DNA from: Craspedostauros australis
Lineage: Eukaryota
DNA length: 37,953 bases
NCBI GenBank assembly: GCA_030167865.1
Contig: JALAGF010004053.1
Span: 1-37,953, forward strand
Reading direction: 5' to 3'
Shown: one piece after another, positions 21,416 to 34,921 of the stretch
Position numbering within the stretch: the stretch's first letter is position 1
Layout of the letters: every line of letters begins with the position of its first letter
The notes under the pieces: generated by a model
Told to the model about the DNA's origin: nothing
The model's input: the letters and a program-made list of their open reading frames with translations, nothing else
Database searches by the model: none
Position numbers and translations under genes: made by a program

Positions 21416-23990
21416 GTTGATGGACTTGTTGTTTCTGTTCTGTATTCGATTCCTGTTGGATCTTGGTTTTATGACCTGAACGAGAAAGGCGTGGGGTGGG
21501 TGTTGATGGTGGTGTTGGAGATTCTTTTCCTCTGTTCACCAATGCTGAGTTTTGTCGTTTCTCGTGGAAGTGGCGGTAGCGATGGTGGTGGCAACAGGCG
21601 TCGGTCATGAGAACGCCATGACGGATGGTTTGCGTGTGTCTTGTTCGGTGCTTGGTGCGTGGTGTGTGGTTTTGGATCCGACGAATGACAAGCGACCACA
21701 AAGTATCTTTCCTGCGAAACGCCTGGACGAGAGGAGATTCGAGGGCTGGCCGCAGCCACTGAAATGAGTCCGGGACCACAAAAAGGTTCTCCCATGCACG
21801 TTCTCATTCCCGTCAAGCCAAGGAACGTGCCAAGACTTGCCACGCACAACATCTCGCAGCACTTTGTGTTCGTGGTACGCCAGGTGCGCGCTGTGTCAAG
21901 CGTTCCAAGGAGCACGTCATGGTACCACCAATCATGTCATGTTCTCTGGATACTATATTTGATATCTTGCGTTTAGTATCCATTCCGATACTGTTTGATG
22001 ACGTGTTCGGTTCGAGTGTCGTGACAGCTTCTTGCACCACGTGGCGGCTGAGACGATATCGGGTGGCGTCCAGACATTTTATAAGCGTTTTAATATGTCG
22101 GCTCTGACGGGATAGCGTTTTCGCCAAAATCGAAAAATGTGACATTTCCGAAGGCGGTTCTATTCGCAAATATCTAGACTGCAAGTATTGGGATGGAGTA
22201 GAGGACGCTGGCATGCATTACTACTCGTACATATTAGAATATGCTAATATGCGTTATATGACCCATATCAGCGATCCGATCTGCGTTCCACTGTGCGTGG
22301 CCGTGCGTGGCGGGGTACATGTGCTAGCGCGCATGTGCTGGGATGACTTGTGTGTGTGTGTTGATATGGTAGAAATAGCAGAACGCAAGCCCAAGGCAAT
22401 AGCCAATACTGATTGAGATGGAGAGGACTCTGCAGTGTAGCGCTGAACTGTAGCAATTTATCCCCTTTGTCCATTCACCTCAGAGAGTGAGCTTGCTTGA
22501 CCCCTCAAGCTTGCTCCTTGCAGATGTTGTGGTCGAGGTTTTCATGCAAGATGAGAGCGTCCCATATGCTCCATTCAATAGCCCAAAAGCAAAGCAATGC
22601 ACTGAGCTGCATTGCAATTTGATGTGATGTACCATAGCATGCTAGAGCGCACATCAATCCTCCCCAGTGGAGACTAAGCGCGTAGAGTGGAATGACACAG
22701 AGTTGGCAGATGAGCAGCCACTGGTGAGGGAATGGCTCGGCGCGCGCTGCTGCGGCGACGTCCTGTATGGGAGGGCCCAAGCCATCCGCTTGAATCCGGA
22801 TGTATCTCTGGATTCTTCACCATCCAAGTCCGAGGCGGACTGCAGACTCCAGCAATATGTTTCGGTAGGCGAGGCTCTGCATGATGCTACCATGCTAACC
22901 TACCATCGTGCTTCCTCCTGCCCATTTGCTTCTTAGGGGCTGGACAAGCCCGTGGTTGCACTGGACTGGCCACTGCGCGCATTGTTGGAGGGCGGATTCG
23001 GCATCGGCGCATATGCCATGATGCAGGTACCTATTGGTGCTTGCACTCGGCCTGTTGATACCAGCACTACTCCAGGGGAGAGCATTTACTATGAAAGTCG
23101 TCTAGTACCTTGCGTCCCTCAGCCATTGCATGGGATAGGTCGTAGATTCCTGCGTAGGAGATGAGAATACTCTACCTACAGGGTTGCGTGCCATACATGC
23201 ACGCAATGTTCTGAGAGAGTACCATGCGCCGAATTGATTCGCGATGTTCAATAAACTCGGACATCGGGTATCCATTCAGTGTATGGCGCTTCTATTGCAA
23301 TGACAGCAAAGTAGAATAGAACAGAATACTGTACAGATAGGATGCATCATTAGTATGGTATAAGTATATGGCTACTTTCTGTTTACTTGATGATCCTCCA
23401 CAATGAATTCGTCTGCGTTCCCCTTGACGCAAAGCAACGTTCGTGTCGTCTCCGCATACAGCCGGGCCAAGCGCACGCTCCATGCCACGACTCTGCGGTG
23501 GATGGCCCATGCACATGCATCTCTCCCTGCGAGTGCTCGCGTCGTTTCATGCCGCGTGGGGCTTGACGTAAAAGCAAACGTGGCTGCGGTGGATGGGCAA
23601 AACCTAATCCCCGATGACTTCGCCCAAGGGTTGTGATGCGAGACCAGATGTGATGGAACGTGGTGCGGTGCGGTAGTGATGGCGGTAGTGGTGCTGCAGA
23701 ACTGTTTCCAGAGGTTGACTTGGAGGGAGGAGCGGACGATGGTTGATAAGCTCAGCCGTGGTGGTGCAGTCAGTAAGACAGTAACTCAGTCAGTCAGTCC
23801 GTTAGCAAGCCAGCTTAGTGGTCCGTGGGTTCTTCGTTGGTCGACCGCTCATCCCTGTCTCCCTTCGTTGTCTAATGGTTAATAGTTAATGGCGCATGGT
23901 GGCGTCGCATCGCATCACACCATACCACGTCGTAGAGCATTGCGTTGTGCAGGCGTCGCGACAGGTGAGCAGGCGGGCGTCACGCTGCGC

Positions 23991-24440
23991 TTAGGATCTT
24001 CCCGGAGCCCCTGGACCCTTCCCGCCTGGTCCAGGCTTGCCGCCCTTCGCCTTCGCCTGCTTCGCCCAGAAGTCGTTTCTTGCGGCCTCGTAGGCTGCCG
24101 CGGCGAAGCCACCGACCATGGGGCGGTGGTTGGGTCCTCCCACGCCAGTTCCGGAGCCGTTGTTGGCAGGCGCAGGGGGGTTGCTTGGACCCTCATCGTC
24201 CGAATCTTCGTAGTCCGAGTCAAAATCAATCCCAAAGCCCAAGCCGCCGCCTGGTCCCATTGGCTGCATGACGACGGATTGTCTGCGCTTGTCGCCTCCG
24301 CCCTGTGGGGGTCCTCCGCCCATCGCTCCGCCTATCTGGCCCTGCATGTGCTGCTGCGGCGGGCGTCCGCCGGTTGGTGGTGGTCCGCCCATGCCACCGG
24401 TGAAGAGGGAAGAGCCGCGTCTTGGACCTTTCTCGGACAT
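23991..24440 (-). CDS. Small Gly/Pro-rich, probably disordered protein of unknown function (149 aa)
   Basis: Single ORF with an AAAATG start context, preceded by a CA-rich 5'UTR-like tract. Contains an acidic patch DFDSDYEDSDDE and a predicted helical motif HRPMVGGFAAAAYEAARNDFW. Confidence 0.7.
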   Translation of the reverse strand: MSEKGPRRGSSLFTGGMGGPPPTGGRPPQQHMQGQIGGAMGGGPPQGGGDKRRQSVVMQPMGPGGGLGFGIDFDSDYEDSDDEGPSNPPAPANNGSGTGVGGPNHRPMVGGFAAAAYEAARNDFWAKQAKAKGGKPGPGGKGPGAPGRS

Positions 24441-25411
24441 TTTAATGGTATGCTATGCTATGCTGCTTTAGTTGTGTGTTGTGTGTTGGGTTTGGTTGTG
24501 CTTGTGCTCTTCGCCGGTGCTGATGCTGATCAGGGGGGAGAGGAAGAGTGTGAGCAATGAGAGAGGGAGAGGTGTGTTGCTGAAGCAAAAGATGCGCTGC
24601 GGATGTTGTGTTTGCGAAGGCGGCTGCTGGCGTTCTTGCTGTCGCCACCTCGTATTTTTGCTGCTGTTTGCTGTTTGCTGTTTGCTGTCAATGTCCTACT
24701 GCCGCTGCTGCGCCCGTGCGTGTGTTCTGTGTTCGTCTTGCGCCTTCTCAAGTGTTGGGAACGGTGAATTCTGTTGCTGCGTGATGATACGATGTGGATG
24801 ACTGTGCCACGATGATTCGTTGAGCAAAACTGGTGTTGCCCGCGCACAGTTTCGCGTTGTCGTGCCAGGATGATGTCGCGGACAATGCCAGACGTTATCC
24901 CCCTCTTGGATTCCCTACGGGGTTCCGCGTAGAGCAGAAAGGACATTTTGCCCATCCAGCGACAACAGCACCAGTTTGGCACGGGAGAGCAATGACAGCA
25001 TAGCCCCTTTTTCACCTTCACCTCGTGTGGCGGCGAATGGATGACCTACCCTCCTTGTTGTGTGGGTCATCGTCACTTTGTCCGACGAAGACAAACCCAA
25101 TACCATTCGAACATCGATTGCGTTCCTTGGTTGTCCGTTCACGACTTGGCCACGAGCGAACAGTTCATCCTCTTTGTTGCGGACACGGAAAAAAGATCCA
25201 GATGGAAGTTCGGGATACCACCCGCCGACTCATCTGACACATCAAACTCCTGCCAAACACACACACATCCATCCATCCACCCATCCATCTTCCTCCTCGT
25301 TTGTTGACGTTCCAACCGGAGAAGACCACACCATACTCGTCAGCAGCTTGCACAATCAGACACGCTGAATACCCGCAAATGCGCAACAGGCAACCGAGGC
25401 GACTTGCACTG

Positions 25412-25463
25412 CACTTCACTTCACATCACTTCACTACACTGTTTCACTACACTGTTTCACTAC
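25412..25463. repeat. Degenerate CACTT/CACTA short tandem array including a duplicated TTCACTACACTGT
   Basis: cacttcacttcacatcacttcactacactgtttcactacactgtttcactac, about 170 bp upstream of the helicase ATG. Confidence 0.7.
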
Positions 25464-25631
25464 TCCGCAGTCAAACAAACGCGTCGCATGCTTTATTCGA
25501 GCTCCTGCACTTTGTGACATCCACATCTACGCTCGGCCACCCATCGGCATCACAAGTATTACATCATACCTAGGATACCTATTCTACGAGTACTACCTAT
25601 CCTGCATCGGACGAGTGTTGACAAGCCAAAG

Positions 25632-27854
25632 ATGAAAGCGTCTCATGCACGGTCGCAGTCGCAGCCATTGGCGCTGCCCCTGGCAATTACGTCGATCCTG
25701 CTGCTGTTGCTGGTCGTCTCACCGCCATCATCATCATTCGTGCTGACACCACAGGTGGGAGGGAAGCAGCCATCGGCATGGAGGCAAGCAGCGAGGCAAC
25801 AGCACCTCCACGACCGCCATCTGCTCTTCCAATCGAGCTCCAACAATAATCACGACTCGAATGCTCAAGGCGGCAGCGTGGCATCGGTGGCAGCGCTGGG
25901 GCTCAACGAGCTGCAGACTGCGTTCAGATCGGCTGCCAAGGCGCAGGACTTCGAACGGGCTGGGACGTTCTCGGATGAGCTGCTGAGACGTCTGTTCGGC
26001 GCCGACGAATCGACGAGCGCGGAACAAAAGCAGGCCTGGAGACGGCGGATGTCATGGAAAGGTCTGGGAGCCTCGCCGTGGCTCGTGGATCGATTGGACA
26101 GTCTGGACTACGAATTCCCAACGACGATCCAAATATGCACAATGGAGGCCGTCAACCGATTGCTGGAGAAGCAGGATGATGCATTCGTGTCGCCCGAGAC
26201 GTCATCGATCGAGGACAAGATGAACGCGAGCACCAAAGATGTCGGCGTCATCGTCAGTGGCGCCACAGGGTCCGGGAAGACCTTGGCGTACCTCACGCCG
26301 TTGCTGTCGACGCTCAGCGAAACTCTCTTCATGCGGCAGAGGTTGCGAGTCTCGTCGGAGGAGAGCGTGGGGGATACGACGGGCGATCTGCTGGATCGGA
26401 TCGCCGTCGTCACGTCTCCGGTCGTCCGCACCACATCGCGCCGGCAGGTCCGGAACAACATCATAGCAACAGGGGCGTCCCTCGTCAGCCTGGGCAAGTC
26501 AGGGAAGGACGTCAGACACCCGGTGGCGCTCATCCTCGTCCCGACCAGGGAGCTCGGTGTCCAAATCGCGATGCTCCTTTACGAACTCATCGGAGGTAAC
26601 GTGAAGAAAAGCGCAGACGAGATCCGGGGCAAGGCCAATTCGTTCCGTTTCAAGGGGCCGAAGGGGGTCCGCATTGGCTGCGTGTTGGATGACGAGGAGG
26701 CGGAGTTCGGGCTCAAGCTGCAGACCGATGTTGCCATCACGACGCCATCGTACTTGGGAAAGCTGGTGACGGATGGTGACATCGTGCCATCCAAGATCCG
26801 TGTCGTTGCTGTTGACGAGGCAGATCTAGTGCTCAAACAGCTCCAGCAATCCCCTTCCATCTTTGATCAATTCTTTGCACAGGAACGTGAATTCAACAGA
26901 CTCACGCTCTTCGCCGGTGCCAGCGTCACGCAAGCCGACGGCAACATGGCGGCGGATGCGAGCATCCTCCCCAAGCAAAATACACTGATAGCGACGGCCA
27001 CGCGGTGCACCGAATTGATCAGCACCGACACCGTCGACGAACCGACATCTCCGAAGGCTGATGCCCTCAACGGAGAACTCTCTCTCGCAACGGATTTGGA
27101 CTCATGCTTGGACAAATCGCTGATCCATGAGATGGTGGTTGCCGAAGAGAATGCAGGGCTGCTCGTCCTGGTGCGGCTCCTGCGTGAAGAGCTCGATCGA
27201 TACACGCAGAACGCAACGCAAACAGACGATGCAGACACAGGCGCAAATGCAAGCGTGCCCCAGCCAAGAGTCGTCATCTTCTTCCCGAACGAAGACATGG
27301 CGCAAGCCGCCATCTCCCCACTGCGCGATGCGCTCTGGGGACGGCACAACGTCGGAGTGCTGTTGCCAACTATCGGTTTCAACCCATTGACCATCATGGA
27401 GCAATTCAAGAACTCGGAGCTGTCGGTGCTCCTTGCCACGCCAACTTCTGTTCGTGGGCTGGATTTCGAAGGGCTAACGCACGTATACACAATGTACCTT
27501 CCTGCGGATGATCCGCGGGAGTACATTCATCTCGCTGGCAGAGTCGGACGCGTCGGGCAGCTGGGCGCAAGCCGCGGAGGTGGCAGGGTGGTCTCCATAC
27601 TAAAGGACGCAGAAGCCAGCAAGATGAAGGACTTTGCGACGAAGCTGGGTTTCGAAACGACAGTTTTGCCAACCCCGACAGCCCCACAGCTGGAAGCCTA
27701 CTTGGAAGATAGAATGGATAGAAGCGCTGAAGATGGAGACTCCTTCGACTCAGTCGTTCGGCAGTATCTCGAGGACAGCATGAATTTGCTCGAAGCCGAA
27801 GAGGTCACGCCGATCGATAGAGACGCGTCAGGTCGTGCTGATCCAGAACAGTGA
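25632..27854 (+). CDS. DEAD-box RNA helicase, predicted plastid-targeted, with N-terminal UVR-like helix pair (740 aa)
   Basis: Intronless. Signal peptide then 'SSS-FVL'. Q motif 'YEFPTTIQ', I 'GATGSGKT', Ia 'PTRELGVQ', Ib 'TTP', II 'VDEAD', IV 'VVIF', V 'SVRGLD', VI 'YIHLAGRVGRVG'. Confidence 0.88.
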   Translation: MKASHARSQSQPLALPLAITSILLLLLVVSPPSSSFVLTPQVGGKQPSAWRQAARQQHLHDRHLLFQSSSNNNHDSNAQGGSVASVAALGLNELQTAFRSAAKAQDFERAGTFSDELLRRLFGADESTSAEQKQAWRRRMSWKGLGASPWLVDRLDSLDYEFPTTIQICTMEAVNRLLEKQDDAFVSPETSSIEDKMNASTKDVGVIVSGATGSGKTLAYLTPLLSTLSETLFMRQRLRVSSEESVGDTTGDLLDRIAVVTSPVVRTTSRRQVRNNIIATGASLVSLGKSGKDVRHPVALILVPTRELGVQIAMLLYELIGGNVKKSADEIRGKANSFRFKGPKGVRIGCVLDDEEAEFGLKLQTDVAITTPSYLGKLVTDGDIVPSKIRVVAVDEADLVLKQLQQSPSIFDQFFAQEREFNRLTLFAGASVTQADGNMAADASILPKQNTLIATATRCTELISTDTVDEPTSPKADALNGELSLATDLDSCLDKSLIHEMVVAEENAGLLVLVRLLREELDRYTQNATQTDDADTGANASVPQPRVVIFFPNEDMAQAAISPLRDALWGRHNVGVLLPTIGFNPLTIMEQFKNSELSVLLATPTSVRGLDFEGLTHVYTMYLPADDPREYIHLAGRVGRVGQLGASRGGGRVVSILKDAEASKMKDFATKLGFETTVLPTPTAPQLEAYLEDRMDRSAEDGDSFDSVVRQYLEDSMNLLEAEEVTPIDRDASGRADPEQ

Positions 27855-28173
27855 CGCACGAGCCCAGAGCATTGGAGTACTCATACTCGTGCTGTCCGTG
27901 CGTTTGCATTCGTGTGGGGATCTCAAGAAACCCGATGCATCTTCGTGAAGAGTAGAGTGCATGCTTGATAAGATAATAATATGCACGATGGCAAAGCAAC
28001 GGCAAGGCCATGTCGGATGCAACGCAACATGACGGGACTCAAGGTACTCTACGATACTATGCGGCACGATATCACGCGATCCGACACCTCTATGGAGTCC
28101 AGAACAATGTACCAGTTCAACGATGCCAGCGTGCCAGTGCCAGCCGCGCGATTACGTTACCTACGTTCCTATT

Positions 28174-30281
<2,108 letters not shown>

Positions 30282-30825
30282 GGTCACAGTCGCTTGCCAC
30301 AAATCGATGGATTGGCCGGACGGTGAGATTGTTGCTCCTGCTGACGACCTTCGCGAAACTCCTTCAGTTTGTGTGTTCTGGCAGGGTCGTCGAAGTTGGC
30401 GGTAATCTGAGGCAGTCTGAGGTGATGTGTGGCCATGCGTGGTGATGGGGCATTGGTATGACAATCTTCGTCGATTGGCGCGATTTTTATTTTTGCCGTT
30501 TGTTTTCTGCGCGCCTTGGTTTTTGAATTCTTTGGCTGCGGGATTTGCGGCAAAATAAAGTTACTAAATACGTGCATTTGAATCGGGCAGTCTCCTCCAA
30601 TCTAGAAGGTAGCGTGCAGCATGGTACCGTGCGGAGATAGAAGTCCAGCAAGCAACGGGCTGCTGATGCACGTGCACGGATACTCTGTTGTGTGGCAACA
30701 TGCATCAGCATCAGCTTCTATTGTACGAGTACATCTGTAGGAGTGGTACATTGATCTCTATGTTAGAGTCATGGAAAATGGTATTGAACGTGCATGATGC
30801 CTGGCGTGTGAATGGCTCGTCGCGA

Positions 30826-32562
30826 TCAATCCTCCTCACCGGCACTAGCACGAGCGTCAATTTTGGCAAGCCAATTCAAATAGGAAACGATGTCGTAACA
30901 TCTGTTCTGTTTCGCGCAGCTTTGAAGCGTCGCGCCGCTGTTGTTCGTGATGTGGATATCAACCTTGGCATGTCCGGATTCGATGAGGAACTTGAGTATC
31001 TTCAGCCTGTGCCCAGAACAAGCTTTGTGCAAGATGGTGTCGCCATCTTTATTTTGCAAGGTCGCGTCGAGTGTCGCCAATTCAGCGACACGGCGTAAGG
31101 CCTGGACATCGCAAAAGCGACACGCATAGTGGATGGGAGTGTCGCCATCATTGTTTTGGATGTTTGCGATAGACGCCGCCATGTTCATCAAGCGGTCAAC
31201 GACGCTCCCGTCGTGCACGTGCATTGGCTCAGTCAAGTTTGTGGTTGGCACGATCTTCTTCTGGATGTAATCGTAGAGATGAGTGAGCTGGGCCAACTCA
31301 TTGATCTCCAGCAAGTAGCCCTTCTTGCACGCGATGTGGAAGATCGTGTCGCCTTCGTTATTCCGGAGGCTCATGTCCACGTGCGCCCCGGCCTTTTCCA
31401 TCAAGTCTGCGATCACTTCTGGCATGTTGATCATACAAACAAGGTGGATAGGTGTGTTTCCATCCTTGTCCTGGACGTTGACAATGACATTGATACGATC
31501 GCATTGGATGAAGTGCATGATCATTTCTATCTGCCCCTTTTCGCAAATGATGTGCATCGGTGTTTTCCCCTCGTTGTTCTTCACCTCCATGCTGGCATTT
31601 GCCTGGCTGGAATCCGCCAAATACTTGATCATATGCTTGTTCCAAAACAAGCATGCTTCATGGAGCGGCGTGTTGCCATTGTTGTCTTGTGCATTGGCGT
31701 CAATGGCATCGCTGGTCAATTCAAGGACAGATTTGACAATGTCAACCTCCGCATATCTGCAGAGAGCCTGGAATGGCGTCTTCCCATCGTTGTCTGCGAG
31801 GTTGACGTCGACGGGAGCTTCGTCCGATCCTATGAGATGCCTGATCACAGCTTCATGTTTTTGATGACAGGCGAGATAGAATGCAGTTTTCCCGCCGTCG
31901 TCTCTCTCGTTGACATCAACGTCGACATGATCGGCACAGAGAAAGTAGTCAATCACCTCCATGCTGCCACGTTTGCATGCCTCGTGAAAAGGCGTCTTTC
32001 CATGGAAGTCGCGCGTGTTGGGATTGATCGTGATGTGATCCGATTCCGACAGATACTTCATCACATCCATTTGGCGACATGCACACGCGAAGTAGAACGG
32101 TGTCCGCCCCTGCTGATTCTTCATGTCCACATCAATGATGGAGAGATTGGCTTCGATAAGGAGCTCAACGATTTCCTTCTGCCCACGTCGGCAGACATCG
32201 TGGAGCGGTGTATTGCCGTATTGATTGCCGATGTTGACAACGGCGTTGGCACTGACCTGATCCAGCTTCATCAAGAACGCCACCATCGCCTCGTTGTTGG
32301 ACTCGCACGCATCGTGCAAAATGGTTTGTCCAGAGTTGTTTTGGATCGTCACATCCGTGCTGACTTGGTCTGCCCCCGCTGTCATCAGATATCTCACAAT
32401 GGCATCATGTCCACCACGACAGGCGAGATGGATTGGCGTGTCGCCAGAGCGATCCGTTGCCTTGGCATCGACTGCGCCTGTTGAGTGTGTGATTATGGAG
32501 CGTACCTGACCCAGTTTGCCCCATCTGCAGGCATGATGCAAGGAAGGTGTTTTGGAAGACAT
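30826..32562 (-). CDS. Ankyrin-repeat protein (578 aa, roughly 14-15 repeats)
   Basis: Intronless ORF made almost entirely of 'G.TP(L/F/I)H.AC..G....V..L.....DVN..D..' units. Confidence 0.9.
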   Translation of the reverse strand: MSSKTPSLHHACRWGKLGQVRSIITHSTGAVDAKATDRSGDTPIHLACRGGHDAIVRYLMTAGADQVSTDVTIQNNSGQTILHDACESNNEAMVAFLMKLDQVSANAVVNIGNQYGNTPLHDVCRRGQKEIVELLIEANLSIIDVDMKNQQGRTPFYFACACRQMDVMKYLSESDHITINPNTRDFHGKTPFHEACKRGSMEVIDYFLCADHVDVDVNERDDGGKTAFYLACHQKHEAVIRHLIGSDEAPVDVNLADNDGKTPFQALCRYAEVDIVKSVLELTSDAIDANAQDNNGNTPLHEACLFWNKHMIKYLADSSQANASMEVKNNEGKTPMHIICEKGQIEMIMHFIQCDRINVIVNVQDKDGNTPIHLVCMINMPEVIADLMEKAGAHVDMSLRNNEGDTIFHIACKKGYLLEINELAQLTHLYDYIQKKIVPTTNLTEPMHVHDGSVVDRLMNMAASIANIQNNDGDTPIHYACRFCDVQALRRVAELATLDATLQNKDGDTILHKACSGHRLKILKFLIESGHAKVDIHITNNSGATLQSCAKQNRCYDIVSYLNWLAKIDARASAGEED

Positions 32563-33110
32563 GACTCCTACTGTTCTTCTTGATGATCGAGACCTGTGCT
32601 GCTTTGGCTGGTTCGGCGTTGTATAATATCTGTGAGGAATTGAAGATTTATGACACCTCGAGCTCCTGTTCGTATCACCCCACTGCGCGACAGAGGACGA
32701 GTACGAGTATGAGCCTCCGTGTGAGCCTCACCAGTACGAGCATGGAATCGTGGGCACAAGTACTATACTCATTGTTGTCCACATGTGGGGTTTAGTTGGG
32801 AGTGATGCTCGCCACGATGATGTTCGGAGAGTTGTTGCACTTGCTGGCGAAATCTCCCGTCACTCCCACCACTCTCGTCAGTTTGTGTAGTTTTTTGGAG
32901 TCGATTCCCACCACCCAAACACGATAAAAAATTGAGACTCCAAATCCTTGTCGGAGAGTCTACACGTACTCTCCCCTATTCGGAGACGTATTCTACAATA
33001 CTTGTGACACATGAACAGTCCACTAATACTATATAATATAATACTATTCATGGGTACTTTCACCGCACTGTCATAATATTGCACAGAGTACAGTATTACA
33101 TTATAGAATA

Positions 33111-34109
33111 CTATGCTCGCGAAATGTCCTCGTGAGCACGCTTGTGATTCCGTGGTTTGCATTGTTGCTGGTCTTGTGAGAGGTGTCGGCTGCCACAGCA
33201 GTTTGTGAAGAACTCGATGATCGTGGTGTGCTCCTCTGATTTGGCAATGTCAAGAGGCGCGCGATCCTTCTTGTTTCGAGCGGCGATGTCTGCGTTGCAG
33301 GACTCAACGAGGTGCTTCACACAGTCCAAATCACCGCCCCAGCATGCGCAATGAAGCGGAGTGTTGCCATCATTGTTTGGAATATCGGTATCAGCGTTAC
33401 ATGAATCCAAGTACTTCACGCACTCCGAATGACCGCGCCAACATGCCTCATGAAGAGGGGTGTTGCCGTTTGTATCCTGTGTTGTGATGTCGGCGCCGCA
33501 CGACCCCACCAGGTACTGTGCACAATCCAAGTGGCCGCTGTCGCATGCCCAATGGAGGGGAGTGCTGAAGCACTCGCCTGGGCTGTTGAGTTTCGCGTTG
33601 CATGATCCCACTAGGTACTTGACGCAATCGAAAGAACCACTCCTGCATGCCCAATGAAGGGGAGTGTAGCCAAACTTGTTTTGAACGTTGATGTCAACGC
33701 CGCAAGACTCCGCCAGGTACTTCACGCAATTGGTTTTCCCGGTGTAGCATGCCCAGTGAAGTGGAGTGTCGCCATCATTGTTCCCAAGAGTGGTGACAGC
33801 GTTGCATGCCTCCACCAGGTACTTCACACAATCAAGATGGCCTTTTTCGCATGCCCGATGGAGTGGGGAGTAGCCATGCCTGTTCTTAAAGTTGATTTCG
33901 GCGTTGCACGCCTCCACCAAATACTTCAGACAGTTCAAGTGACCTTTGCAGCATGTCTCATGAAGTGAAGTCCCGCCAAATCTATTGACGATGGTGTTGA
34001 CGTCAGTTTGTGGATTCTGTGCCTTCCATTCCTCCAATGCCTTGACATCACCCTCTTTGGCGGCATGCATGCATGGATCGATCGTGGCAGTGGGAGCGAC
34101 AATCGGCAT
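33111..34109 (-). CDS. Cys-rich ankyrin-repeat protein (332 aa, about 8 repeats)
   Basis: Intronless ORF with near-identical 'G.TPLHWAC..G.LDCVKYLVE.CNA' repeats. Confidence 0.9.
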   Translation of the reverse strand: MPIVAPTATIDPCMHAAKEGDVKALEEWKAQNPQTDVNTIVNRFGGTSLHETCCKGHLNCLKYLVEACNAEINFKNRHGYSPLHRACEKGHLDCVKYLVEACNAVTTLGNNDGDTPLHWACYTGKTNCVKYLAESCGVDINVQNKFGYTPLHWACRSGSFDCVKYLVGSCNAKLNSPGECFSTPLHWACDSGHLDCAQYLVGSCGADITTQDTNGNTPLHEACWRGHSECVKYLDSCNADTDIPNNDGNTPLHCACWGGDLDCVKHLVESCNADIAARNKKDRAPLDIAKSEEHTTIIEFFTNCCGSRHLSQDQQQCKPRNHKRAHEDISRA

Positions 34110-34349
34110 CTCTGCGTGATGCGATGCGATGCGATATCGCTAGCTTCTGGGGGCGAATACACGACCAGCGAGGCGTACGAGTGTCGATGACGTTGTCGTG
34201 AGTGGGCTCGTCAATCATGAACCACCGCTACTGTTGGGTTGTGTTTGCTCTGCTCGATCTGACCTCCTCGTTCGTAACCGTGCACTTGCTGTATGAGCAT
34301 GAGTTGGGCCCTGTCGATTGTCCTGCCCCTTACTTTGGGACCTGTACCT

Positions 34350-34353
<4 letters not shown>

Positions 34354-34382
<29 letters not shown>
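34354..34382. repeat. (AG)14 microsatellite
   Basis: Perfect dinucleotide run between the ankyrin gene and the GPCR 3' end. Confidence 0.95.
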
Positions 34383-34385
<3 letters not shown>

Positions 34386-34921
34386 TTTGTGACGATCCTT
34401 CTTGTGCTCTTTGTGTGTCCTTTTCCTTTTTCTTTTTTTGTTCTGGAGGAATTCACACCAACGCAATTTTTCGGACACATCACCATTCTCGATACACGGA
34501 CGAACGGGAGTTGGGCAGAACTGACGTACTCGTGACCCGAGGTATCCTGCCTCTCCACAACCAGCCACGAAGCGGTGGTGCGCCCGTATTGAGAAGAATA
34601 GTACGAGCTAGAGAGTTATCCAAATGCTTTCCCTGCATATAATATCTTATTACCCATAACAATATGCAAGCAGGAGTCTGACTATGGGTACGTATGGTAC
34701 ATCGTAGGAACCGACCCCCAAAGTATCCGACGATTACATGATGTTCTGATCTGATCTGACGAGTTTGGTTGATCCGTCGATCGGTCATCAGCCATCATTG
34801 TTGTTTCATACCAAACTTCCTGCTGATCCATGAAGTTCCCAACCCCCCAACCCCCCAACCCCCAGAGCTTATCCCAATCCACTTTCAGTTTCATCTCAAC
34901 GAAGTTTCGCTCATCGGCCGC

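Noticed and set aside
22400..23300. Complex-looking intergenic sequence with short ORFs and a small hairpin near 22792-22815; possible transposon remnant
   Set aside because: I found no terminal repeats, target-site duplication or transposase/RT motifs.
31129..32484. 451-aa ORF antisense to the ankyrin gene (also 28670-29596 antisense to RBBP4)
   Set aside because: These are antisense shadows of real CDSs with no independent features.
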